Source: an uncultured Gemmatimonadales bacterium (lineage in GTDB: Bacteria; Gemmatimonadota; Gemmatimonadetes; Gemmatimonadales; Gemmatimonadaceae). Taken from it: a stretch of 64,000 nt of DNA. The stretch lies in NCBI GenBank assembly GCA_963851265.1, contig CAWKNZ010000010.1, positions 151,026 to 215,025 on the forward strand, given 5' to 3'. Both the position numbers and the translations under genes were made by a program. This document shows, piece after piece, positions 30,780 to 40,538 of the stretch (its first letter is position 1; each line of letters begins with the position of its first letter). Below the pieces are notes generated by a model, which worked only from the letters and a program-made list of their open reading frames with translations, did not search any database and was not told the DNA's origin.

Positions 30780-31192
30780 CGTCGGCGCCCCTGTAGGCGC
30801 GAGTGCTCGACCGGGGTCGTCGGTGGCCGTGAGCGGCGGCGCGCCCGAGGCGTCGTGTCTTCGTGCGAGGCCGTCGCGCGTAACGGGTGCGCTACCGGCC
30901 CCCGGTTTGCACTCCCCCCGTGCTGGTAAGTCCGGGGACGCGTCGTGTTTCCCGGGACGACTTCTACCTTCACACCTGGTTTGACCCCGTGCCGTACTTG
31001 ACCGTGTTTACCTCCGTTTGCGCCGCCTGGCTCGTCACCGCCGCCGGTTTCGGCTACGTCGCGAATCGCGCGGTCCGCGCGCCCGAGTAACTCGCGCGCC
31101 GGTCGGTCCGCTGCGGTCGCGGTGCGAACGGTTCCGGCGCCCGGCCCCACGACGCGGCCACTCGGCACGGTGAGCGTCCGAGTGGGTCTGAC

Positions 31193-31456
31193 TCATCGGA
31201 AGCGGATCTTCGCCACCAGCAGGGTCCCGGCGAGCACGACGACGCCCACGTTGGTCAGGATCACGGGCCGCTGCGCCGAGGCCACGCCGTAGGCGATCCA
31301 TAGTGCGCCCGACGCGATGAGGAGGAGGATCAGCCCCCAGGCGACGTCGTGCATCTTGCGCGTGCGGTAGGCGCGGACCACCTGCGGCACGAGCGAGAGC
31401 ACGGTGAGCGCGCCCGCCGCGTAGCCGACGTACGACGTCAAGCTGGACGAGGTCAC
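31193..31456 (-). CDS. SemiSWEET (PQ-loop) transporter
   Basis: 87 aa, 3 TM segments, LSLVPQVVRAYRTR, LWIAYG, PVILTN. Confidence 0.88.
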   Translation of the reverse strand: MTSSSLTSYVGYAAGALTVLSLVPQVVRAYRTRKMHDVAWGLILLLIASGALWIAYGVASAQRPVILTNVGVVVLAGTLLVAKIRFR

Positions 31457-31492
31457 CGCGTGCTCCGGATCAGCACGGCTGACGCCTGTCGA

Positions 31493-31737
31493 TCACGCAC
31501 GGACGGCGTTCGAGCGCAACGCCTCGTTCGGCGGGTTGCACCGGGGTTGGATTCGCGGCGCGGCCCGGAGCTCGTCGACGACCCGCTCCACTGTGGCCGT
31601 GACCTCGTCGGGCGCGTCGTGGCCGAGGTACTCGGCGAATGCCTCGGCGTGGGGCTGACTGCGCGTCCGGTGCGCGCGGCTGTGTGCTGTTCCGCCGTCC
31701 GGAAGAGCCGGTCGGAGACGGAGACGGCGGTCCTCAT
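31493..31737 (-). pseudogene. Frameshifted ribbon-helix-helix antitoxin remnant
   Basis: MRTAVSVSDRLFRTAEQ in one frame continues as RSQ..AEAFAEYLGHDAPDEVT in another; no toxin partner seen. Confidence 0.55.
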
Positions 31738-31971
31738 ACCGCGAGCATAACCCCGAGGCCAGGCGTCGCCAAGGCTGCGGATCTGCCCCGGCCGGGATGC
31801 CGCCCAACGTCAGGGTTGGCGGTGATGTGACGTTGGAGCGCCACCGGTTGGGTGAGGTACGGGCGGCTTGGGACTCCGGACACGTCCGGCCGATATCGGT
31901 GCGCGTGTGCGCCCATCCCGAGGCTATCGGCGGACCTTTGGAGCCGTGATGCGGCGTGTGTCCGCCGGCGC

Positions 31972-32541
31972 CTACGGGCCCGCGCCAGCGCCCGCTCTGG
32001 TCGTGATTTTGATGACACCGTTCGCCGCCTCGGGGGCCGCGTAGCGCGTCGCGGCGGCAGGGCCCTTGATGACTTCGACGCTGACGATCTCGCCCGGGGT
32101 GAGTGCCCGCATCGCGGCCGCGTCGCGGCGCTTGCCGTCGATGAGGACGACGCCGTCGAACGTTCCCCCGGACGTCGCGCGCACGCGGTCCGCGACGCCG
32201 GTGCCGTTCGGGCCCGCCGCCCGGCGCGTCACGATCGCGATCGTGCCGTGGTCGTCGGGGCCATGCCTCGTGACCTCGATGGACGCGATCTCCGCCGGCG
32301 TGAGCGCGCGCGCCTGCGCGGCCGCCACGCGCCGGCCGTCGACTGTGTAAGTCGCGAGCGAGTCGCCCGGCGCGTGCACCGCCAGCGGTTGTGCCCCCCG
32401 CTCCGCGGCGCTGACGTCGAGGTTCGCGACCTGGGTGGCGGTGGGGAGCGTGCTCTCGCACGCGGCGACTACGAGCACGAGGGCGAGTGCGTTGAGGCCG
32501 AGGGCCTGGGCACGGGCGAAGCGCGGGCGGGTGGGGCGCAT
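31972..32541 (-). CDS. Lipoprotein with TonB-receptor plug-like repeats
   Basis: VVAAC lipobox; two VDG...LTP.EI.S.EV repeats; KG.AA..RY..EAANGVI.ITT. Confidence 0.7.
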   Translation of the reverse strand: MRPTRPRFARAQALGLNALALVLVVAACESTLPTATQVANLDVSAAERGAQPLAVHAPGDSLATYTVDGRRVAAAQARALTPAEIASIEVTRHGPDDHGTIAIVTRRAAGPNGTGVADRVRATSGGTFDGVVLIDGKRRDAAAMRALTPGEIVSVEVIKGPAAATRYAAPEAANGVIKITTRAGAGAGP

Positions 32542-32604
32542 GGCGAGCAGTCTCCGTTCGAGCTGACCGCTGGGCGCGGGCGCCGGACCGCGCGCCAGCC
32601 GACG

Positions 32605-33591
32605 TTAGGCGGCTTGGGGCGGGTCGTCGCGTCTGGCGAGGTCGGGCGCGGGGAGATCGAAGATGCCGGCCATGGCCGTCGCGAGCGCGTCGCGCAGCTC
32701 CGGTGCTGTCGCCCCGAGGTGGTACGCGGCCACCACCGCGGGCCGCAACAGCCCCGTCAACGCGGCGGGCCGCTCGGCCGCCGGCACGACCGGCGCCCGC
32801 GGGGCGACGCGCGTGCCGCGCGTGCCCTCCGTCACGACCGCGCCGCGCCGTTCGAGCTCCGCGTACGCGCGGGCGACCGTCCCGGGCGCGACGTCGAGCG
32901 CGTCGGCGAGCTGCCGCACCGTCGGGAGGCGGTCGCCGGTGGCGAGTTGCCCCGTCGCGACCGCCTCCTGCACCTGCGCGACGACCTGCTCGTAGATCGA
33001 CCGGTCGGACGTGTCGTCTAACCGCACGCGGAAGGCCGGCGCGGCCGGCGCCGCGTCCGAGGCGAGGGCGTCGCACGTCCCGGTGTGTCGGACGGCGGCG
33101 CGCGCCGCCTCGAGCGTGACACCGCGGTCGGCCAGCACCTGCGCCGCGACTCCGCGGCCTTCGGCGAGCAACCCGAGCAGGAGGTGCTCGGTGCCGAGGC
33201 CGTCGTGGCCGAGCCCCTCGGCCTCGCGCAACGCGAGCTCGACGACGCGTTTCGCGCGGCCCGTGTACGGGGTGTCCTCGACACGACCGGCGTACGGGCC
33301 CGTGCGCGGCCCGGCGGCGTCCGCGGTTTGCGCCCGGACGGCCGCGAGGTCGGCGCTGGCGGGCGCGAGGAGGGCCGTCAGAAGTCGGGCCGCGCCCCCG
33401 TCCGGCTCGCGCGTGAGCGCGAGTAGCAGGTGCTCGGTACCGACGAACGCGTGCCGGAGCCGGTGCGCCTCGTCGCGCGCGTCCGCGCCCATGGCGCGGC
33501 GCGCCGCACCTGTGAAGGCGACGCCGGCCGGTGCTCCCGGGGCGCGCGCAGTAGTGGTGCCCTTCGTGGTGCGTTGCGTGCGACCAGACAT
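32605..33591 (-). CDS. Clp N-terminal repeat domain fused to a GntR (YtrA-type) HTH regulator
   Basis: Two GTEHLLL Clp-N repeats; SIYEQV...GDRLPTVRQLA..L.V.PGTVARAY.ELE. Confidence 0.88.
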   Translation of the reverse strand: MSGRTQRTTKGTTTARAPGAPAGVAFTGAARRAMGADARDEAHRLRHAFVGTEHLLLALTREPDGGAARLLTALLAPASADLAAVRAQTADAAGPRTGPYAGRVEDTPYTGRAKRVVELALREAEGLGHDGLGTEHLLLGLLAEGRGVAAQVLADRGVTLEAARAAVRHTGTCDALASDAAPAAPAFRVRLDDTSDRSIYEQVVAQVQEAVATGQLATGDRLPTVRQLADALDVAPGTVARAYAELERRGAVVTEGTRGTRVAPRAPVVPAAERPAALTGLLRPAVVAAYHLGATAPELRDALATAMAGIFDLPAPDLARRDDPPQAA

Positions 33592-34038
33592 GCGATGGTC
33601 TCCCGCGTGCGCTCGACGGGGTGCCCGCCGAGCGGTTGAGGCCCGCTTGTACTACTCCAGCCGAACATGGAGCCGTGCGCGTCTTGTGTCAACAGGCCCG
33701 GTACAAGCTGGGCGCACTGGATCGGATTGCGCCCCGGGTAGCGAGCTCGTCAGGGCGCGACCACTCGACCGGGGCGGGACTCTCCCCGGGTCGGTGACTC
33801 TCTCGGCTGCCGTTTAGCGGCGTCAGGGAGAGATGTTGATCGTGCGCACGGATTTCGAGATGTCGTGCGCCTCGGACGCGACATGGCGCAGTGGGTGCCG
33901 GAGGGACGTCCGAAAGACGACCGTCGCGTTCGCGACCCGGATCGGGCATCCGGCCACCCGCCGCGGCTTGCCGGCGCGGGGACGGCGCCGTACGTTCGCG
34001 GCGCCCCCGAACCAGGATCTGCCCGTCGCGCACGCGCC

Positions 34039-35252
34039 GTGGCGTCGTAGTCGCGGCCTGCACCGCCGTTTGTTCCGCCGCGCTGGCGCTCGGTCCCGGC
34101 GCGGCCGGCAGTCAGTCGCCCGCGCTGAACACCGCGCCGCGCGCATCGCGGGGCGCCCCGGCGGGCGCGCCGAACGTTCCCGCCGCGGGGTCGTTTGGCG
34201 TGGTGTACGGCGTGGTGTACGATTCGCTCGGGCGCGGGCCGCTCGCGGGGGCCACCGTGCAGCTCGCGCGCGCCGGCGACCGGCCCGGCGGTGGCGCCGT
34301 GACGGCGGACTTCACGGGGGCGTTCCGAATGGATTCGCTCGCGCCGCGGCGCTACGTCGTCGGCATCGAGCACCCGCGGCTCGAGCTGCTGGGCATCGAG
34401 ATCTGCCCGCGGCTCGTCGAGCTCGGGCCCGGCGGGGACGCGGTCCGCGTCGACCTCGGTCTGCCGGCCCTCGCGCGGGTGCGGCGTGCGGTGTGTGGGA
34501 GCCCGCAGCCGCCGGCCGACTCGTCGGGCCTGCTCGCGGGCCGCGTGCGCGACGAGGGCGGCAACGCGCCCCTGGCCGGCGCCGCGGTCGCCCTCGCCTG
34601 GTCGGAGCTCACCGTCGGACGCGGCAGGCCGCCCGGTGCCCCGGGCCCGGGTCCTCGTCTGGGGCACTGCCGCCGAGGCGGTCGGGGGCGCGGACGAGGG
34701 GTTCAGCCTCACCGGGCTCCCCGCGGGCACCTGCACGTTCGAGGCGCGGGCCATCGGCTTCGCGCCCCATCGGGTCGCCATCGACCTCGCGGCCGGCCGC
34801 AGCGGCACGCTCGACGTGCGCATGGGTCGCCCAGTGCATATCCTCGGGCCGGTGACCGTTTTCGGCGAGCCCGGTGCAGCGTCGCCGCTGGTCCAGGGGT
34901 TTCTCGACCGGCGGCAGCACAGCGCCGTCGGCCACTTCCTCACGGCCGAGGACGTCGTCCGCTTGGCGCCGGTCGACGTGTTCGGCGCGTCACGCGGGGT
35001 CGGCGGACTGCGGGTCGTCCCGAATGGCCACATGGGCTCCACCGTGCTCGGCTTCACCCCGGGGGGTTGCCCTGCCGAGCGGCGATATTCCTCAACGGGC
35101 AGATCCTAGATGCGAACGACGAGATCGACGTCCATGTCGCTCCGCACGACGTGGCCGGCGTCGCGGTCTACCGCACCCCGGAAATCGCCCCGTCTCAGAT
35201 CATGGGCACGCACAGAATCGAGTGCTCCGTCGCGATGATCTGGACCCGGTAG
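34039..35252 (+). pseudogene. Carboxypeptidase-regulatory-like repeat / TonB plug protein, multiply frameshifted
   Basis: GVVYDSL...PLAGATV in one frame; FEARAIGFAP...GFLDRR...GHFLT in a second; CRAAIFLNG...GVAVY...C.V.MIWTR in the first again. Confidence 0.6.
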
Positions 35253-35341
35253 CGGCGCTCGGCCGGCCGACACGCCGGCGCGGCGCGACCCGGGTTCGGC
35301 ACCCGTCCGCTGCTTCGCGCTGTCACGCACCCCCGCCGCCT

Positions 35342-35407
35342 GCGACGGTACCCGCTGGGGCGGACGGGCGTCCCCGCGTACTCGATAGCTGCAATGCCAC
35401 GTTAGGC
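35342..35407 (-). repeat. Truncated (half) attC marking the distal end of the array
   Basis: ...ggggcggacgggcgtccccgcgtactcgatagctgcaatgccacGTTAGGC resembles the right half of attC 45567-45684. Confidence 0.7.
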
Positions 35408-35410
35408 GGC

Positions 35411-36734
35411 GGGTACAGACCGGGTTGATTGTTGACACGCCTGACCGGGAGGAGGGTTGACACTGCTCACTTGCATGGCGGACCCTCAGGAGGGACGCCA
35501 TGCCCTGGCAGGAGACCGACCCCGTGGACCAGCGCGAGCGCTTCATCGCCGACCATCACCGCTCGCTCTAGTCTATGACGGAGTTCTGCGCCCGCTACGG
35601 CGTGAGCCGTCAGACCGGGTACAAGTGGCGCGCTCGGTACGACGCGGGCGGCCGCCCGGCACTCCGCGAGCGCAGCCACGCGCCGCATGCGTGTCCCCGT
35701 CGGGTCGAGGACGCCGTGGCGGAGCTGCTCGTCGCCGCCCGCGACGCGCACCCGAGCTGGGGGCCGCGCAAGCTGTTCGCCTGGCTGGCGCCGCGGCACC
35801 CGCGCGTCGCCGCCTGGCCGGCCGCGAGCACCACCGGCGACCTGCTCGTGCGGCGCGGCCTCGTGAAGGCGCGGCGGCGGCGGCGGGCGCCCGTGCATCC
35901 CGGCGTGGTGCCCGCGACAACGGCCGCGCCGAACGATCTGTGGGCGCTCGACTTCAAAGGACAGTTCCGCATGCGCGACGGCGTGTACTGCTATCCGCTA
36001 ACGGTCGCCGACCTCCACACGCGCGACTTGCTCGACTGCCGCGGCCTGCCCTCGACCGAGGGGCACGACGCGCGGCGCGCGCTGGAGCGGGCGTTCCGCA
36101 CCTACGGCCTGCCGCGCGCGATCCGCACGGACGCCGGCGTCCCGTTCGCCACCCGCGGCGTGCACGGGCTCTCGCCGCGCAACGTGTGGTGGCTCCGCCT
36201 CGGCATCGTGCACCAGCGCATCCTCCCGGGCTGCCCCCAGCAGAATGGGGCCCACGATCGCATGCACCGCACGCTCGAGGCGGAGGCGCGCCGGCGGCCG
36301 CAGGGGACGCGCGCCGCGCAGCAGCGCCGCTTCGACGCCTTCCGGGCGGGAGAATCCCGCCACGCGTACAACGCCGAGCGGCCGCGCGAGGCGTTAGGCG
36401 GGAACACGCCGGCGTCACGCTACACGCCCTCGACGCGGCCCTACCCGGCGCGTCGCCCGCCGCTCGACTACCCCGGGCACTACCGGGTGAAGCGCGTGAC
36501 CAACGCCGGCACGTTCCGCTTCAAGGACCGGCTGCTCTTCCTCGCGAACGCGCTCAAGCAGCACCACATCGGGCTCGAGGAGTCCGACGCCGGCGTGTGG
36601 TCGATCTACTTGGGCCCTGTCCTCCTCGCCCGCCTGGACGAGCGCGACCACGTCATCCGCGGCTGACCCCGCGTGCACACAGCGTCAACCATCATCCCGG
36701 TCTACGCTGTCAACGATCAACCCGGTTGCTGACG
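35411..36734 (+). mobile_element. IS481-family element, degenerate
   Basis: Long imperfect IRs with doubled ACCGGG..GA..GTTGACA units at both ends; ends approximate. Confidence 0.85.
35500..36666 (+). pseudogene. IS481 transposase with a nonsense codon
   Basis: MPWQETD start, in-frame TAG at 35569-35571; WALDFKG; DNG changed to DAG and HER to HDR. Confidence 0.85.
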
Positions 36735-36954
36735 ATCGCGTTTGGGATCGGCAGCGCACACGCATCGCGTTCCTTAGCTGGTCAGCCACAACGCAGGCGG
36801 CCGTTCCGGAGCACCGTTCCGGAGCACCGTTCCGATGTCGGTCATCGCGGCAGCTACCCGATCGCGCGTTGAAGCACGCGGCACGACGTACGTCCTCGCG
36901 TCGAGCGATGCCACCAGCGGTAGCCAACGCTCGCGTACGGCGACCGCTCACGCG

Positions 36955-37860
36955 CTACTGCTTATCCAAAAACGCAAAAACTCGCTCGTACGCCGTTTCC
37001 AACTCGCCGGCAGAGGGACTGTGGCGCCCTTCCGGTACGAACATCACCTCGTTCTTTCGCTTGTCCCGCTGGAGCACGTTCACAAACTGGACAAACGTGA
37101 CCGGCGGCACTTGGTCGTCCTGCCCCCCGTGCCAGATGAAAAATGGCGGGTCCTTCGGGTCCAGATAGGAGAGGGGCTCGTAGCGCCGGGTCACTTCTCG
37201 TGGCGCGTGCCCCCGTGTCTCGGGGAAGAGGGCGAGCCCAATTTCCTTCATGATGGGCACTGGGTTGTTCACGAACACGGCTTCCACCACGTCGAGTCCC
37301 CCCACCGGACCTGAGAAGTTGACCACGGCGGCAATGCCAATCCCTGCGGCCAACGGGTGCGCGTACGTGGGGTCGTTGGCGGTCACGGCGACGAGGCTGG
37401 CAATGTGGGCTCCGGCAGAAAAGCCCGAGAGCACGACCCGCTGCAGGTTCACGGCGTACGCACCCTGATGCCCCTGCAGGAAGTTGAGGGCGAGGGTCAA
37501 GTCTTCCGTAGCGACCGGAATTCCCCGCTTGAGCCGGTAGTTCAGGTTGACGACAGTCACACCTCGTTGCAGATACGGCTGGATGTAGCGCTCCTCCTTG
37601 GTCTTGTCGCTGAGGTAATAGCCCCCGCCGTGCATGAATACCAAGGTGTAGTTCGCGCGACGTCCTCGGCTGGCCTCCCTCGGCACGTACACATCCATGG
37701 TTTGCTCCGAATCAGTCCCGTAGGCCACGTCCCTCGTGACGGCATACGTAGCCAGTGCCTGCGCCGGAGTCATGTTGGCCACGGGAGCCCGCTTCACCGA
37801 ACATCCGGCGAGGAGGACCGTCACCGCGGCGACACGGAACCAATGCTGCGAACGTCGCAT
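36955..37860 (-). CDS. Cassette: alpha/beta hydrolase (BD-FAE/esterase-like) lipoprotein
   Basis: LLAGC, HGGGY, GFSAGAH, HGGQDDQVP; lower GC than flanks. Confidence 0.9.
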   Translation of the reverse strand: MRRSQHWFRVAAVTVLLAGCSVKRAPVANMTPAQALATYAVTRDVAYGTDSEQTMDVYVPREASRGRRANYTLVFMHGGGYYLSDKTKEERYIQPYLQRGVTVVNLNYRLKRGIPVATEDLTLALNFLQGHQGAYAVNLQRVVLSGFSAGAHIASLVAVTANDPTYAHPLAAGIGIAAVVNFSGPVGGLDVVEAVFVNNPVPIMKEIGLALFPETRGHAPREVTRRYEPLSYLDPKDPPFFIWHGGQDDQVPPVTFVQFVNVLQRDKRKNEVMFVPEGRHSPSAGELETAYERVFAFLDKQ

Positions 37861-37910
37861 GCGAGGGAGAGGCTGAGAAGAAGGATAGGGACAACGAGAC
37901 TCGGGGAGCC

Positions 37911-38031
37911 GCCTAACACCCGAAGTTCGGCGGCGGGCCCTCTGGGCGCCCGAGCGGCATCCCCGCTGCGGTCACCCGCGGGCGCGGCGTGGCGTCCGTG
38001 CACACCCGACTGCTACAACTCACCGTTAGGC
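37911..38031 (-). repeat. attC (degenerate)
   Basis: GCCTAAC...GTTAGGC. Confidence 0.8.
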
Positions 38032-38493
38032 GGCCGGTGTGCCGGGGCCGTCCCGCCCCAGGCCTAGCGCACCGGATGGCGAATCGGGAACCTGCAGCGC
38101 GTGCCCGAGCGCCGAAGGGGGGTCCGCCAATGCGGGTGGACAAACCTCCATGGCGCGGATCGCGCCATGCTCGATGGTGAACCGGTGACCGACGTGCGCG
38201 TCTGCAAGCACGGCGCCAGCCAAGTCGCGCACGACCTGATGCACCTCAATCCGGACCTGAGCGCGGCCCTCCGGGTGGAAGGCAACTGGCTCGACGTGGG
38301 GATTGATCTCGCTCCACTGCTCCGTCCAGTACGCGCGGACCGCGTCACGTCCACGGACGAAGCCGCCCTTGAACGCCCTCGGCCACACCACATCGGGAGT
38401 CACGCGGGCGAGGGCGGCCTCGATGTCCCGCGCGTTGAAGGCCGCGTACACTGCGCGGAGCAGGTCGATCCCTGTCATGGATTGATCTGGCAT
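38026..38493 (-). CDS. Cassette: SnoaL/NTF2-like protein
   Basis: YAAFNARDIEAALA...DVVWP, VRAYWTEQW, VHQVVRDL.G. Confidence 0.85.
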   Translation of the reverse strand: MPDQSMTGIDLLRAVYAAFNARDIEAALARVTPDVVWPRAFKGGFVRGRDAVRAYWTEQWSEINPHVEPVAFHPEGRAQVRIEVHQVVRDLAGAVLADAHVGHRFTIEHGAIRAMEVCPPALADPPSALGHALQVPDSPSGALGLGRDGPGTPAA

Positions 38494-38518
38494 GACGCGT
38501 ATGAGGTAATGGGTCGCC

Positions 38519-38635
38519 GCCGAACGCCCCCGTTCTGCTGCAAGCTGTCGGGGCGGCACGACGGGTGCGGAGGCGAGTGACGGCCGGGGCGGACGGGCAT
38601 CCCCGCGAACTGGCAGCGGCAACGTCATGTTAGGC
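38519..38635 (-). repeat. attC
   Basis: GCCGAAC...GTTAGGC. Confidence 0.85.
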
Positions 38636-38642
38636 GATTCCG

Positions 38643-39962
38643 TGGTATGATCCGGGCTGAGGGGTGACACAACATTCTAGGCTGAGGGGTGACACCCGCC
38701 AGACTTCGGGCACTCTCTACGGAGGTGCCCATGCCCTGGAGCGAGACCACCCCGACGGACGAGCGCCTGCAGTTCGTCGCCGACCTGCGCCGCGGGACGG
38801 ACGAGATGGCCGTACTCTGCCGCCGCTATGGCGTGAGCCGCAAGACCGGGTACAAATGGCGCGACCGGTACGCCGCCGAGGGCGCGGCCGGCCTCGCGGA
38901 ACGCTCGCACGCGGTGCACATCTGCCCGCACGCGACCGCGCCGGACGCCGTCGACGCGCTCGGCGAGCTGCGCCGCCGGCACCCGACCTGGGGCCCGAAG
39001 AAGCTGCTGACCGTGCTCGCGGCACGCCGACCGCGGCTCGCGCTCCCGGCGCCCAGTACCGCGGCCGCACGACGCAAACGCGCCGGCCTCGTCACGAGTC
39101 GCACGAGACGCCGCACGCCGGGCCACCCCGGCCGCCCCACGGCGGCGATGGACGCGCCGAACGCGATCTGGACGGCCGACTTCAAGGGCGAGTTCAAGAC
39201 CCGCGACGGGGTGTACTGCTACCCGCTCACCGTGTGCGACGGCTACAGCCGCACGCTGCTCGCCTGCCGCGGCCTACCCTCGACGCGTACCGCCGGCGCG
39301 CGGCCCGTCGTCGAGCGCCTGTTCTGCGAGCATGGCCTGCCCGCGCGCATCCGGAGCGACAACGGCGTGCCCTTCGCGACCATCGCGTTGGGCCGCCTCT
39401 CGACGTTGAGCGTCCGGTGGGTGCGCCTCGGCATCCTGCCCGACCTGATCGAGCCGTCCTCGCCGCAACAGAACGGGCAGCACGAACGCATGCACCACAC
39501 ACTCACAGCCGAGGCGACCCGGCCCGCGGCGGCCACCATGGCCGCGCAGCAGCGCGTCTTCGACCGCTTCCGCCGCGAGTACAACGAGGAGCGGCCGCAT
39601 GAGGCGTTAGGCAAAGCCACCCCGGCCAGCCGGTACGCGCCGTCGCCGCGGCCGTACCCCACCCGGCTGCCCCCGCTCGAGTACCCGGCGCATTGGGAGG
39701 TGCGCCGCGTCAGCCGCAACGGCGGTATCCGGTGGTACGACGCGTGGGTGAACGTGAGCCATGTGCTCGCGGAGGAGTACGTCGGCTTCGAGGAGATCGA
39801 CGCTGGCGTATGGAACGTGGCGTTCGGGCCGCTCGTGCTCGGCCGCTTCGACGAGCGCACGCTCAAGATCACCGACGTGAACGGTTACCGCAGCCGCGAC
39901 CCCCGGCAGGTGTAACCCATCAGGCGAGAACGAAGTGTCACCTATCATCCCGGCCGGACACA
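38643..39962 (+). mobile_element. IS481-family element
   Basis: Doubled GGCTGAGGGGTGACAC units at left, complementary GTGTCACC...CCCGG units at right ending ACA; ends approximate. Confidence 0.88.
38731..39915 (+). CDS. IS481 DDE transposase (apparently intact)
   Basis: MPWSET, GVSRKTGYKW, WTADFKG, SDNGVPF, QNGQHERMH. Confidence 0.92.
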   Translation: MPWSETTPTDERLQFVADLRRGTDEMAVLCRRYGVSRKTGYKWRDRYAAEGAAGLAERSHAVHICPHATAPDAVDALGELRRRHPTWGPKKLLTVLAARRPRLALPAPSTAAARRKRAGLVTSRTRRRTPGHPGRPTAAMDAPNAIWTADFKGEFKTRDGVYCYPLTVCDGYSRTLLACRGLPSTRTAGARPVVERLFCEHGLPARIRSDNGVPFATIALGRLSTLSVRWVRLGILPDLIEPSSPQQNGQHERMHHTLTAEATRPAAATMAAQQRVFDRFRREYNEERPHEALGKATPASRYAPSPRPYPTRLPPLEYPAHWEVRRVSRNGGIRWYDAWVNVSHVLAEEYVGFEEIDAGVWNVAFGPLVLGRFDERTLKITDVNGYRSRDPRQV

Positions 39963-39965
39963 CGC

Positions 39966-40484
39966 TCACTGGCGGCAGTACCGCCGGCCGGTGCAGGACT
40001 GTGGGGCGAACACCTCGCGGACGATCTCCCACACGCTGGCCCGCTCGCGCCAGACCGCGTAGTACGTGCCGCGGATCTCGGTCGGCTCCCCCTGCTCGAG
40101 CCACGTCTCCCGCCAGTGACCATACTCCGTCGCGAGTACGCCCCCGAAGACCGCGCTCGCCTCCAGCCGCTCGGGCACCTCGACGAGCCCGAACTGCGGG
40201 CGCCGCGCCATGTTCCGCGCGAGCCCCGCTACGTAGCGGTCCCGCCCGGCACTGGCGAAGAACGGTGACGCCTGGACGATGCTGTCCGCCGCCAGCCGCG
40301 CCAGCGCCCCAGTGTCGCGCGCGGCGACGGCCGCGTTCCACCGCGCCCGCGCTGCCCGGACCGCCGACAGGGAGCCGGCGGGCGCGGCGCTCGCGGAGGC
40401 CGCACTCTCGGGCGCCGCCATCCGGCGAGCGCAGCCGAGTGCGACGGCCAACAGGCCAGTAACACCCAGGCGGGCGACCCGCAT
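39966..40484 (-). CDS. Cassette: DUF4440/NTF2-like lipoprotein
   Basis: VALGC, RARWNAAVAARD, ATEYGHW, RGTYYAVWR...W.IVREVF. Confidence 0.8.
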   Translation of the reverse strand: MRVARLGVTGLLAVALGCARRMAAPESAASASAAPAGSLSAVRAARARWNAAVAARDTGALARLAADSIVQASPFFASAGRDRYVAGLARNMARRPQFGLVEVPERLEASAVFGGVLATEYGHWRETWLEQGEPTEIRGTYYAVWRERASVWEIVREVFAPQSCTGRRYCRQ

Positions 40485-40538
40485 GCGGCACTCTCCGGGA
40501 AGTAGGTGGCGTAACACGGCGGGAGGTGGCGGTCTAAC

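Noticed and set aside
30887..31090. 67-aa ORF with a hydrophobic segment
   Set aside because: No recognisable motif or RBS; cannot be supported as a gene
28341..35252. Genes left of the array as additional cassettes (RidA and ClpN-GntR stops lie in GCCTAAC)
   Set aside because: No attC arms follow these heptamers and gene orientation is mixed; better explained by the iterated motif
36801..36834. 13-bp tandem repeat CCGTTCCGGAGCA x2.6
   Set aside because: Short local duplication in decayed DNA beside an IS end; no sign of function
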